Source: Antedon mediterranea (Eukaryota > Animalia > Echinodermata). Taken from it: a stretch of 64,000 bases of DNA. The stretch is taken from the NCBI RefSeq assembly GCF_964355755.1, contig NC_092680.1:558001-622000 (forward strand), in the 5' to 3' direction. The notes beneath the pieces are model-generated. The model ran no database searches and had not been told where the DNA came from. It saw nothing but the letters and a program-made list of their open reading frames with translations. Positions 39,617-53,830 of this stretch are shown here, one piece after another. Each line of letters opens with the position of its first letter. Within the stretch, counting starts at the first letter, position 1. Position numbers and translations under genes: made by a program.

Positions 39617-42600
39617 GGTAACAGGGCCTATCATAGAGATATAGTATCTCTATGGTAATGCTATACTGTAGTTATTGATAACAAAGAAAAGTAGTTTTTT
39701 TTACAATTAATTCTAATTTTAACCTTACATTTGGACATTAAACGGTAAATCTAATTTTAGCAACAACAAAAATAAACCTATTTACCTGCAGTTTTTAAAT
39801 ATCACAGCAAATGTTGCAAGGAACTCGTCGGAGGCGACGTAAAATTTTCAGTTGATGAACACGGTTGGCTAACGGTAGTAAGCAAAAAGCAAGTAATTAT
39901 TGAACAGTAATAGGGATAGAATTAACGTAACATCGTAACTAAACTACTTCTTTTAGCTGTAAGCTTGAAACTCATAGCAACAAAATCAGTATAGAGTGTT
40001 ATCTGATGCAGCAACCATAGCTCACAGTCTACATCTTGAATTTCGTATATCACTTCCGATTGGCCAATCAGAAAATACACTGATTTATAATAACAGCGGG
40101 TAATGCCATCATTACTGTCTAAAACACAGGTAAACTATTTTTTGTCGACAAATTCCAAAACGAGAACTAGAAATTAAGTTATTTAAAAAGTTGCCTTACC
40201 TAAAGCCACAATCACCTAAGTTATAGTAATTTAGCTGCTAATTTGGCTGCTATTAACAAAGTAAATTTATCTGACTGGTAGGTAACTGTTTGTTTCAGTG
40301 AATGTAATACAAAGCTGTTGTTTGCTATTGGTCAGATAGAGCCAAGCGTTCATAACTAACAAAAACAAAGGTTATTACTCTATAAACCACTTTCTTTTCT
40401 CCATAAATATTCCACAATTTCTACCTCCAAGGAATGCTAAAATTCTTTAAAGAAAACAACATAAAAACTACAATGCCTTCTGAGCAAGGTACTTAAGTAT
40501 TCAATAAGCATATGATTTCTTTATATTAAACATCAGGTTTTAAGCTATGATCCCTGTAAAAGTTTTATAAAATAGTTTACTTTTCAGACAATTACAAGTC
40601 AGTATTGTTTAATAATCTTTTAAAGTACAGCCCACTTAAGTTATTCCCCCAGTATATAAGAGGATAAGCTACGCCCCTAGTTTAATTAAACAAAAGTTAC
40701 AAAGAAAGACACCTAATTGGATTTATTTTATGATTTCTTTCAAGTCCAACAATGATATAGAAGCAATTATTCTTGTAGAATTAACGGCGTCACGTTGGCT
40801 CGGTTACACACTCGCCTCATAAAAGATGTACAAGCTGAAAATTTATAGCAAAACTAAGTTATCAAATGATGAAGCCTGTTAAACATAATACTGAAGATAT
40901 TATGTATTCATGGTCTGAAGGCCTAAACACAAATGTACAGAGAGAAAAATATCCTGGTTGAAAAAAAAAGACTTGAACAAACAAAAATCTATCTATCATT
41001 ATATTATTTATTTTAACTTAAATCATATTGTTACTTTTTTAATAAAAAAAAAATATCAAGGTTGAAAATTATTTTAATCTACGACCTTTAACATGTTTAT
41101 TAAAGACATAATTTAATATAGAGAACGCTAAATCAACAGATTATTATGTACTTGTATAAACATACAATTCACAACGCTTGTTTTATATTTTTAAATAACA
41201 TTTTATCATTATACTTTATATAGTTTAATGTCATTTTGAAATGTTGTAATGTGAACTTGTATATTTTAAATTGTTATTAATTGTCATTTTAATATTGTAA
41301 ATTCAACAATGTTTACTTTGTTGCAATAAATTTGAATTGAATTGAGAATTAAACTATAATTCAATTCTTATTTTAAATAATAATAATAATCATTTACTGT
41401 AGTAGTAGTCAATTCATATTGAACGTAAATATTTTTTTGTTTGGACATTTCTTGCATGATTTATAATATATTGACCTATAAATGTTAATTCTTTTTAAAA
41501 TGCTGTGGTTAGATACCAAACCACACATTGAAGGTTGTATAAGTATAAAAGCAATAAATAAAATTAATGAATAAACACATTACATTATGTGTCCTAAAGG
41601 TAAAACAAACAATATTTACCAAGATGAATTTGTACTCAGATTGACAACAAACAATTAAACAAGATAGAAACAATAATTAATAAGGCCTACTTACTCTATA
41701 AACAAATATAAAATAATAATGGTATTTAAAATGTGTGAGTATTTATCAAATAATAATAAAAAAAATCATTAAAAATCCAATAAATCATAACAAATTTAAT
41801 AAGTAAATTGAATCGAGAGTAAAAATTGCAATTAACCTTCTGAAAATTAAAAAATATAAATGTTGTCAGAAAACATAAAAACAGGTGTGTATATAAAAGC
41901 AAAACGACATATGAAAATAAATGTAAACATGTCTTTTAAAAACTATTGAGCTAGGCCATTCAAGCACAAATAATCCCCCGTGTACAAGTATGTGAACACT
42001 GAACGACAGGCCTGAAAGAAGTACCTGGATGGCCCAGATAACCCCAGTACAATGGGCCTAAATAATAAAATATGTATTGGTAACTAACCTATGCATAATG
42101 CTTTGTTTTAGAGGGAGCAGACAGGGTCCAAAGTGAAGTAATTAAATCTGACTAAACAAAGTAACTTAACCCAAACTTAGCATATTGCTCAATTACTAAA
42201 ATAAACTATTCACAATTGCTTACAATGTATATCTCTTGTTTAATGCGATTTATATGCAAGTTGGTTTGGTCACTGGATACCGCAATCCTCAATCCTTATT
42301 CCGTAAAATAAAATAATTCCCGGCGCCTGTGCACAGACCAGAACCGACACCTAGTGAGAAAAACCTAAGACCGATTGAATGTTTACCTGTACAATGGGCC
42401 TAGGTAACTCGAATACCGTGGAGTGAAAGCTAACACTCTGTAGTAAAATGTATCCTGAAACTTAGAACTTGTTCTCAATGTCAATCTTGAGTTCGTTTAA
42501 TTTACTTAGAGGTTTAAGGTGATCCGTCGTCGGGCCTTGAAAAGGAAATATTTGGTTAGTGGGTTCTATGTGAAACAATACAAGTTTACATTCGCACTGC

Positions 42601-43165
42601 AATAGAGTCAGCATATCAGTGGCTATTAATTACACTAATGATACCAATATTTGCTTAAATTTGACTTTTCTCTGGGTAGGATTTCCTAGTACTGTTCAAA
42701 GTGTAAGGATATGACACCTACAAGCTAAGTATCATAACACCAGACAGGTTTCTTGACTAAAGATACCGGTAACTTAAGTACTCGTATTAATGTAACAGTT
42801 TTGTAACAACAATCTGAGGTAAACTGTCAAGTTAAGAACTTATCTAAACATCTACTTAGTAATTAATAAGATGTTGAGAGCCAATTAAATATAACTGATG
42901 AAATACTTTTATTGCAACTTTTTAATTTGTTGATTAATACAATAAATATATTATTATAATAATTACATGAAAATATCAAAATAAAAAAAAAAAACAAAAT
43001 GTTACATCAATCAAAGAAGAACAGACAAAAAAAAAGAAAAAATATGACTGTACAAGGATACTTATGCCTAACATTTATAAAAAAAGACATTTTTTTTTGT
43101 TCTGTATAATTATATGCTGAATATACAAATTAGTATATTAGACAAAGTTAAAACAAATCACTGAA

Positions 43166-43276
43166 TAATAAACATAGTACAGTATATATAATAAACATAG
43201 TATAGTATATATAATAAACATAGTACAGTATATATAATAAACATAGTACAGTATATATAATAAACATAGTACAGTA
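43166..43276. repeat. 23-bp minisatellite (ataataaacatagtacagtatat), about 5 copies, interrupted by a Helitron
   Basis: Unit resumes (tatataataaa) at 44627. Confidence 0.92.
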
Positions 43277-44626
43277 TCTATATTATAAGTGAGAGAGTTT
43301 GTCTGTCTGTCTGTTTGTTTGTTCGTTATACAAAATTTTGTTACTGCACATAATCTTACATATGGGGTATCAAAATGACCGCAATTGTACCGGGAATGTT
43401 CTAAGCTATATTTCAACATCATCCGCCATCTAGGATCCAAGTTAGGGACCAAAATGTGGTCAAACCCCCCACTTTCGATGTTTGTTCGTTATACAAATTC
43501 CTGTTTCTGTACGTAACCATACGTATGGGGTATCAAAATGATGGCAATTGTACCCGGAAGGTTTTAAACTACATTTAAAAAAATTCCCCCGACTCCTGCG
43601 GTTTTTGTAGGAGGGGTGGGGGCGGGGGGTGGTGTGGTGGTTTGTGATGTCATTTTTTGCTAGGGCTCGGGGCTGTAGGCTATCGAATTGTAAAATTATA
43701 CTACAAAAGTTTTACAGTATTTGAATTATCCTCAGCAAGGCGTTTGGGGAAATATAGATATAGATATTTTATTCATTAACCAATATGACACCTATTCAAT
43801 TACACATTTAGCAAAGTACTTTTACCATTATCCAGCTATGTATCGGTCTCTTGGATTGTCTCATTACAGACCCAGTGGGGTTGGGAGATAGGGTTTGGGA
43901 GTTTGGGTTCAGGGGATAGTGGGGATTTTGATTGCTTACACCAGAATTGTGGTTGGAAAATGTTAAAGTATTTAATCATCCCTGGGAAGCGGATGGGAGT
44001 TTGGGGTGGGGATGTAGGCCTATCACAATGACCGAAACTGTATTTGGAATGTTTTAAACTACATTTGAAAACTGCCACTGAGGGATTATGGGTTGGGAGT
44101 GATAATAACATAATCTGTTCTGGAACCGGCTTCCACACATCACCCAGTGTATCTGGGGTGTGTTTGTAGGGGGAGGAGGAGCGAAAATACTAGCGTAATG
44201 AAGTAGCCTATATGATTGGATTGTACTAGGAAAAGTTACTAAATTTGAACTGTCCAGGGGAGGAGTTAAGGTTTGTTGATGGTGGCTGGGGTGCTGAAAG
44301 GAGAAAGAAGGCTGGGGGACCGCAGTATCTAAATTACATATTTTAATTATCAACCAATATGACACCTATTTATTTACACAATTTACAACGTACTTCAACC
44401 ATTATTAGACCCATCGTAGCTATGCATACTCCTCTCAATTCGAAGCTTAGGTTAAAATTGAATTTGTCCATCACTGGGAAGAATTTGTTTTTAAGAAAGA
44501 GTATGGGGTGTTATTGAAGAGGGGTGGAGGTTGGTGAGTATAGACAGATACGGCCGTCGGTTGTTATGTACTGAGAAGGCTGTAAACTAATTTTGAAACC
44601 CGCCCTGGGGCGGGTATAATTGCTAG
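43277..44626 (+). mobile_element. Non-autonomous Helitron (1350 bp)
   Basis: 5' A|TC start, (GTCT)/(GTTT) microsatellite near 5' end, 3' hairpin ACCCGCCC-tg-GGGCGGGT (44598-44615), CTAG|T end, no TSD; internal diverged repeats. Confidence 0.88.
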
Positions 44627-45891
44627 TATATAATAAATCAGTTTTATCATGAGTACCATAGCAATAGTTTAAAATATCCTGAATGATTAAAGATAAAAAA
44701 AAGTTACAATTTCTCCATCAAAACCAACAAATTTTAAAGCATAAAAGTTATTGAACTGAACAAAATTATTATTAAAATTCAAATTTTATAACAAATATAA
44801 CAAAACTTCAATTTGAAATCTAGAATTTGTTTATTTTTATGAACCGTCTGTTTCGTTTCATTTATTTATTTTTTAAATGTTCTGTTTTTTTAATCTTTCT
44901 AAATGAGAAATTTCATTTTATTAACAATATCTTTAGATTTTTACTATATTCACATGTTATTTTGAGTTTATAATAAATTGTTCTTTAAATTCAAATTACT
45001 ATATACTATAAATATTAAATATACTAAATATTGTTTACCGATTTAAATTATTTCGAAAAAAAGATTAGCAATGGTAAAAAAACGGCATTTTATTTTTAAA
45101 ACGCGGTGATTGAACGATAGGGCATAACTTATTTATATTGAGATAAACACACCCATATGAATTAGCACATGTTACCATTTCCTCTAACCAAATGTTGTTC
45201 CTATCTTTTAACAAAACAGTGAAAGGAGTGGGTATCATTTTCACATTCGCTTTATCTACATCAACTCTTCCATAAAATACAATCAATCCAGGCCCTGCAG
45301 GTATGAATATACTCAACATTAAAATAAAGGTGGAGGAAGGGTATTAACTAGCCCTATGAGTTCACAAGGTGTTACCGTAATTAATAACGTTAAGAGCACT
45401 AAAGGGAAGCAACAAATTAATTTTCACTTGAGAAGACGACCTTTGGAATGAGTGGTATCATGTTCGGGGATGTTTGTAATGGTAGAGTTGGTCAAAATAG
45501 GCGCTGGCTAAGAAGCAATCATTGTCCTGACCAACAACATGGGCTTCTTTGTAAAGAAGTGTACAAGTGGAAAGTGTTGATTTATTTTCACACCAGTTTA
45601 ATAAAATAGTAGGATATTGAACTATGAAAAACATATCTATTGCTTGATTTAAACACCTTTGCCTACCTGTGCTTTGTACTAGCTGTTGATAGTGCAACTT
45701 GAAGCGTTAGTATCAGGTGAATAGATCGCTCATTGCATTGCCTATGCTCAGTTATATAATTTTGTTATTATCAATTACGATATAGAAGAGGTATAATTTT
45801 TATATGCTAATGAAGTTATAGGCATTCTTTTAATTTGCCAGATTAAACAAATAAGTGTACAACATTATTTTAGGAACAGTATTATAATAAA

Positions 45892-46126
45892 TAAGAATTA
45901 CAAAGGTACCGACTCTTTTCTGATGGGAAACAACCTATGTTGGTTTATCCGGGTAGCCTAGGCACAAAATACAACCAATAAGAGTACAATAACATTTCTT
46001 TATGAACAGTAATGTAATAAATAATGTAAGTAAGTTTGATGAATAAAAGAATTACAAAGGTACTGACTACTCTCTGATGGGAAACAACCTATGCTGGTTT
46101 ATCCGGGTAACTAGGCACAAAATACA
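45892..46126. repeat. Direct duplication of about 80 bp containing the GGTTTATCCGGGTA dispersed motif
   Basis: aagaattacaaaggtac.gact...tctgatgggaaacaacctatg.tggtttatccgggta..ctaggcacaaaataca occurs twice. Confidence 0.9.
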
Positions 46127-49100
46127 CTCAGACATGAATTGTACCAATAACCTTAGAATAGTTAGTTAATATAGTTATGTTTAACACTTAACAGACAACC
46201 TGCAAATTAAAAAAAACATTAATTATACAATATTTGTTGTTACAGTTTATGACATGTTTTTATTTCTAAGCAAGTATTAGTTAAGAGTATCAAATTCTGT
46301 ATTTCTGTGGGCAAATTAATAAATGATTTATAAGCTGTATGTTGCCAGGTCAAATCATTCTACGATGTTTATAACATCACAATTCCCAAGACATTATGTT
46401 ATTTTTAAATGTGGATACCAGAATCATTGTCAAGATTATCCATTTAAATATCTTTATGTTTTAATGTTTGAAACATGATCATAGCACAATTTGTAAGTGC
46501 AACCAGTTAGAAAGGTAAAAGAGTCATATAAATAAATAAACTTAATGTTACTATAAATTTTCATGTAAGTGTACAAAAATAGAGTACATATTCACACCTT
46601 TGAATATTTCAACCAATTAAAAATATAGTTACTCTCATTTTCCTACTGTCAATGTTCAAATAAAGATGAAATGTTAAATCATGATCAGTCCTATAATTTG
46701 GAGTTTCCTTTTATGAAAGTACACACAAAACATATTTTTGGTTTTTGTATAATTATGTACTACTTCTCTCACCAATGTGACACATTTTAAAAAGCAGACT
46801 ATATTAATTTGTGTATTATGTTGAGTTGCAATGATTAATTAATTTATTAATTTAATTTATATGACACTAACAGTGTAAAATACAAATTTTCTTGTAAACT
46901 ACTGCAATCATCATAAAACTGGTAGAGCACTCTTTATAATAATACTGTCAAAATGATTTGAACCTATACATTAAAAGCAAGCAAGTTGACCACCAAGTTA
47001 CTGTGCCACTACTAGTTTTATCTTAAGATATGTACTTAAGCATTTAAAAAAGTTACTAGTCTGAACTTTTTCAGAATAAGCAGAAAACCATTATTTGCTT
47101 ATGGTACGTTACAATGAGTTTCTAATTGAGTAATAAGTTTCTATTATTATAATACAAACCTTCGATAATAGAACATAATAACACACCCACGCTACGCAAT
47201 TTGTAAGAACTCTATAGAAATAAAATATACTGGACAATGCTGTGTTATATTGTCAATCTTACTGTAGCTAACGACTTACATTCTCGTGACTATTACTACG
47301 TCATGATTTTTCATTCTAAAATAAAAACTAGTAAATTGTTCATATACATTCTGTAAATCTGTGACCGGCACTTTTATTGTACAAATGTTTTTTAAAATGA
47401 TGACCATAAAGTCATAATAATAATAATATTTATTTGACCTTTATACCAGTGGAACTCAATAGTAATTGGTGTGTTCAAAAAGACTTAACACTGAAATTAC
47501 TATTTTTATAAACAAAATATCATCAAACATAGGAGCTTAGAGGTGTTCTCAAATATTGCAAAACAACGTCCGTAATTACTATGAAAATCCAATCTGATCA
47601 GTACTATGGAAATACATAGTCCGCAATTCCATAATTTGGCCTTAAATTATGGAAAACACAATTATGATTATTATTAATTATGGACAAATCAAGGACACAC
47701 ACACACACACAAAAATCAAGCCAAACGAATACTGTATTCAGCTTTTGGAAAATCATTCTGCACATGCTCAGAAACATTGTGCACATGTGCAAACTGACTA
47801 TTGTGACACATAAAACTACTGACTACTATTACAAGTATAGCAAGTTGAGAACTGTGTAGAGGTAAAATAAAACTAATGAGATACGAGATATGATATATTC
47901 AGGATAGACTGTATACCATACAGTACAAACAAAATCCAAGTATAGCAAATTCATACCGATTTTACAATCAACAAAATCAATAAAACAAACCCATGAACTG
48001 TTATAACACAAGTTTAAAAGTGGAAAAGGCCAAAATCGTACCACCACACAAAATTATCAATTATGTGAGTGAGTTCTTACTTCTGAATCACAAACCAAGG
48101 AACTTTAATAATCAATCATTTCTTCCGATCCTGTTTTCTCGCTTATTAGTGCCAAGAACAAAAAGCTTTTCACAAAACAAGTTCATAAGGAAATACGAGT
48201 TAAAATTCCACACGAATGCAGTGTAAACATTTTGGTTGATTTGTGAGGTTGAGGCAATTAATGATTCGCAATAAACATACAACAAATAATAGGCAAGTTA
48301 TGAAGTTAAATGACATGTTCAAAAGTACACCAGCTTGGTACGTGCAAAGTTTAAATACATCATACAGTAGAAAGATGGAAAGTATAGAAATCAATTTATT
48401 CACTTCCAATACCTTCAACTTTATTCACATCATACAAACAGTACTATATGTGAAAAGGAGCCCAAAAAATAGCTTTCGCTAATCAAGGTTTGGCTCCTGT
48501 CACAAAAAATAAATTAGTCAAAATGCATAAATTTTCATCGAACAACAATAATCAAATAAAAAAGAAACAACAACTATATAAAAGTTAAAAAAAAAGTTAA
48601 CAAGGCTGCAGGGTGGGAAAAAAAAGATTCAGAGGAGAAAGTTTCTGACAGATCGATCTATTTAAATTAATGCCACACTCTGAAAGCCTTTTGTGCACAA
48701 CTAGGGATTGTAAAAATTCTGGTGAGTTATTAGAATGAGTTGTAATAATCAGACCAGCTGATCAATGAGTGATACCAAGCCAACATCTATCGATTAACAT
48801 GTTACAGTCCTCACGCACAGTTTCCATGGCTACTACAAGTACATTAAAAGGTAGTCCTGTATTATCAGCATCAACTATAATATATGCTAAATAGTGTTAA
48901 ATATGTTCTTTTGTTTTTTGGTATTAAATGTTTCTCAAATAAACAACAAAAACAAATTTGGCACCTCTATTTAAACATCTTTTAAATTAATAATAATGCT
49001 AGTATTGTTAGTTCTTTGTAGGGCGCCAGATAAAAACTTACATACGGTAGATAGATAGATAGATAGAAAAACCTGAAATCAGAGTTAGAGTCACCTTTAT

Positions 49101-50757
49101 TTATCCAAAATTAAGGAATTTAAAGATTCTGTTGAGGAATCAGTTGATAAACTTACTTTAGTAATAACAACAACACTTTCTGTGTGCAGTGCATATAGAG
49201 TATTTGTATTTTGAACTATACACATTCAAAACCATTAATAACCTTACTTAATAGTAACAATTAGTACTGTAACTTATTTCAGAATACAGTAACTTGTTCA
49301 ATATTCTTTAATTCATTGTACAATATATGTTTAAAAGTGAACTATTTTTGTTAGTAATTATGTGCATTATAAAGCTTTTCCATTATTCTGACGTATCACT
49401 TACATATTTTCAACCTTTCACAAATATAAATACCAATACCAATACAAGATGTACTATTTTTTATATTGGATTATCTTACAATTATTTACATTTGCCATTC
49501 TGTAAGGGTTATATCAATAAGATAATTGTGAAGGCGTACATTAAAAAATTATACAAGAATTAATAGCAACACCCACATGTTTGTGAGAATGTGCTTATAA
49601 TAAGATGTATAGAGAAAGGAAAGGATTGTTATGGCTTTCTCTTTGGCGATTTTAAGACGTATTGTATTGACGATAGTGAATGCATTCAAAAGGAGGAACA
49701 ACAATAAGTATTAGACCTACGGTAACTTTTTGAACCTAGCCTTCTCTCAAGAGCTGGTGTGAGTTAGCAAATTGCATTCAGAATGAAGTTGTTCGATATT
49801 GTCCACAACCGAAAGAGGTTTAAGGATTGTGATACTCCTCAACTAATGAAATTATTTCACTTGGTTGATTTAAACAAGCAAATGTTTGTCAACTGTGTTT
49901 ATAAAAAACGAATAACAATAATGGGTAATTGGCACGCCTGGCTGACGGTGAATGGCAAATAAATAACAGAATTCAGAGTACAAGTAATTAGTCCAATGGA
50001 CTGTTAGATTAAACACTTTTTATTTAAAGGCAAAATAATATAAACTGGTGCCACCGAAAAGAGGGTTCATAAGTATTACGGTTGAGCGAACAATATAGTA
50101 ACCAACGTGTTTAATAGCTGAGTATGTTCCGTGTACGTAATCTACATAGCTCTGGGCGCTGGCTGTATCTTTGACCCCAACCACTGGGCCGGAAAATTCC
50201 CGGGAGAACTGAGGAGTTTCTAATTTAGAACATTTTACACGACGACGTTCTAGAAAGGAAGCAGTTTCTTTTAGTATATATGCCAATGAACACAAAGTGC
50301 GTTTTTCAATTTAAGAATCGGGTTGTGATCCACTATGGAAGCAGCAGCATCAAAGCATCCTTGTTATTACTGCCTAAAGGCATTTCACAAATACATTAAT
50401 GCCAGTGTTTCAACATTCATATTGAATATGTCATATTAAATGAATCTTTAGTCAATTTATTATATCTTTTCTTTGATGGTAATTTCAATATGAAATTTAA
50501 TTATGTGGATTGAAGTTATAAATTGCTAAATGACTATTATAAAACAAAATGATATATAGTTATATTTCTGAATGCAGTGTTGTTTTTAAAAGCTATATTT
50601 GTATTATTTATGGAAATTAAGTGAAACACTAAATTTATGTATTCTTGATTTTAATTGTAACATTAAAAAAAAATGTTTTTAACTTTTTAAATTTGTGCTG
50701 TTTGTTTACATTAAATCATATACTTTATAAAATAATGTAACATTTAAAACAATCTTA

Positions 50758-50890
50758 AGCACTGTCTACACTATCAAACTAGTTTGACAAAAAAGTGTGA
50801 TATGCACAAATATGGTAGTGATGTGACATCATCATGCCCATATATGGGCACATCACATTTTTTTTCACATAGAGTTTGATAGACAGAGCT
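50758..50890 (-). mobile_element. PIF/Harbinger (Tourist-like) MITE, copy 2 (inverted relative to copy 1)
   Basis: TIRs AGCACTGTCTA...TAGACAGAGCT, TTA duplicated on both sides; interior matches the reverse complement of 6076-6221. Confidence 0.8.
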
Positions 50891-51430
50891 TTAGACATAA
50901 ATTAGCTAGAGTATATGTTGATGGTTCTTTATCATATAATGAATATTATACAATTTTCATTTCAAGTAAATTTGTATTAGTAGCCTGTTCATATTAAGTA
51001 CTAACTTTTAAATAGTAAAGAAACTTACCCTATTAACATTGATAACATTTAATTTTAATGGATTGTTGGAAATATGATAGCATAAAACATATGGGTTAGA
51101 CCACCTATGACCACAAATCAACCCATAACGAAATAACTAAGTAGATTTAGATAGTCTTTAATAGAAATAGCTCTATCCTTAGTAGGCTTAATAGGCCGTT
51201 AGTAGTTTTTTTCTCTTGGCTACTAAGGATTTTATCATAATTTCTTTGACTACTTTCTGACTACATAAAATAGATAGGTGACATAATAGGTACTACCTAT
51301 TAAAAGTACACAGTAAGTAGTTGTATCATAGTTGATGTAGCACTATTTAAAGTAGGCCTTTAAGCTACACCATTGTTAGTAGTTTTTAATAGATATTTTT
51401 CACCTTAAGAGTTTTTATGTAGACAGGGAA

Positions 51431-53830
51431 TAGTCTCCATCTATCTATATATAATAGATATTTAGTAGGTATGAAAAAAAAGTTAAATGTAGTTTGTTAA
51501 TAGGTTATAGATAGCTGTTGTCTATCTATTATAAATAGACAGTTGATAGATAATACAAAACTGTGTTACTCATAGATTTCTAATAGACTTGTAGTAGTCT
51601 CCATCTATCTATATATAATAGATATTTAGTAGGTATGGAATATAAGTTAAATGTAGTTTGTTAATAGGTTATAGATAGCTGTTGTCTATCTATTATAAAT
51701 AGACAGTTGATAGATAATACAAAACTGTGTTACTCATAGATTTCTAATAGACTTTTAGTAGTCTCCATCTATCTATATATAATAGATATTTAGTAGGTAT
51801 GGAATATAAGTTAAACGTAGTTTGTTAATAGGTTATAGATAGCTGTTGTCTATCTATTATAAGTAGACAGTTGATAGATAATACAAAACTGTGTTACTCA
51901 TAGATTTCTAATAGACTTGTAGTAGTCTCCATCTATCTATATATAATAGATATTTAGTAGGTATGGAATATAAGTTAAACGTAGTTTGTTAATAGGTTAT
52001 AGATAGCTGCTGTCTATCTATTATAAGTAGACAGTTGATAGATAATACAAAACTGTGTTACTCATAGATTTCTAATAGACTTGTAGTAGTCTCCATCTAT
52101 CTATATATAATAGATATTTAGTAGGTATGGAATATAAGTTAAATGTAGTTTGTTAATAGGTTATAGATAGCTGTTGTCTATCTATTATAAGTAGACAGTT
52201 GATAGATAATACAAAACTGTATTACTCATAGATTTCTAATAGACTTGTAGTAGTCGCCATCTATCTATATATAATAGATATTTAGTAGGTATGGAATATA
52301 AGTTAAACGTAGTTTGTTAATAGGTTATAGATAGCTGTTGTCTATCTATTATAAGTAGACAGTTGATAGATAATACAAAACTGTGTTACTCATAGATTTC
52401 TAATAGACTTGTAGTAGTTTCCATCTATCTATATATAATAGATATTTAGTAGGTATGGAATATAAGTTAAATGTAGTTTGTTAATAGGTTATAGATAGCT
52501 GTTGTCTATCTATTATAAATAGACAGTTGATAGATAATACAAAACTGTGTTACTCATAGATTTCTAATAGACTTGTAGTAGTCTCCAGCTATCTATATAT
52601 AATAGATATTTAGTAGGTATGGAATATAAGTTAAATGTAGTTTGTTAATAGGTTATAGATAGCTGCTGTCTATCTATTATAAGTAGACAGTTGATAGATA
52701 ATACAAAACTGTGTTACTCATAGATTTCTAATAGACTTGTAGTAGTCTCCATCTATCTATATATAATAGAGATTTAGTAGGTATGGAATATATGTTAAAC
52801 GTAGTTTGTTAATAGGTTATAGATAGCTGTTGTCTATCTATTATAAGTAGACAGTTGATAGATAATACAAAACTGTGTTACTCATAGATTTCTAATAGAC
52901 TTGTAGTAGTCTCCATCTAACTATATATAATAGATATAGTAGGTATGGAATATAAGTTAAACGTAGTTTGTTAATAGGTTATAGATAGCTGTTGTCTATC
53001 TATTATAAGTAGACAGTTGATAGATAATACAAAACTGTGTTACTCATAGATTTCTAATAGACTTGTAGTAGTCTCCATCTATCTATATATAATAGATATT
53101 TAGTAGGTATGGAATATATGTTAAACGTAGTTTGTTAATAGGTTATAGATAGCTGTTGTCTATCTATTATAAGTAGACAGTTGATAATACAAAACTGTGT
53201 TACTCATAGATTTCTAATAGACTTGTAGTAGTCTCCAGCTATCTATATATAATAGATATAGTAGGTATGGAATATAAGTTAAACGTAGTTTGTTAATAGG
53301 TTATAGATAGCTGTTGTCTATCTATTATAAGTAGACAGTTGATAGATAATACAAAACTGTGTTACTCATAGATTTCTAATAGACTTGTAGTAGTCTCCAT
53401 CTATCTATATATAATAGATATTTAGTAGGTATGGAATATAAGTTAAACGTAGTTTGTTAATAGGTTATAGATAGCTGTTGTCTATCTATTATAAGTAGAC
53501 AGTTGATAGATAATACAAAACTGTGTTACTCATAGATTTCTAATAGACTTGTAGTAGTCTCCATCTATCTATATATAATAGATATTTAGTAGGTATGGAA
53601 TATATGTTAAACGTAGTTTGTTAATAGGTTATAGATAGCTGTTGTCTATCTATTATAAGTAGACAGTTGATAGATAATACAAAACTGTGTTACTCATAGA
53701 TTTCTAATAGACTTGTAGTAGCCTCCATCTATCTATATATAATAGATATTTAGTAGGTATGGAATATAAGTTAAATGTAAAATGTAAAATGTAGTTTGTT
53801 AATAGGTTATAGATAGCCGTTGTCTATATA
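51431..53830. repeat. 164-bp tandem satellite, about 14.6 near-identical copies
   Basis: tagtctccatctatctatat recurs at 51431, 51595, 51759, 51923 and onward. Confidence 0.97.

Noticed and set aside
43836-44365. Pro-rich 100-aa ORFs
   Set aside because: Artefacts of the C-rich strand of the Helitron; no Rep/Helicase motifs.
46940-47010. tRNA-like A/B boxes on the minus strand
   Set aside because: No cloverleaf; at most a decayed SINE head.
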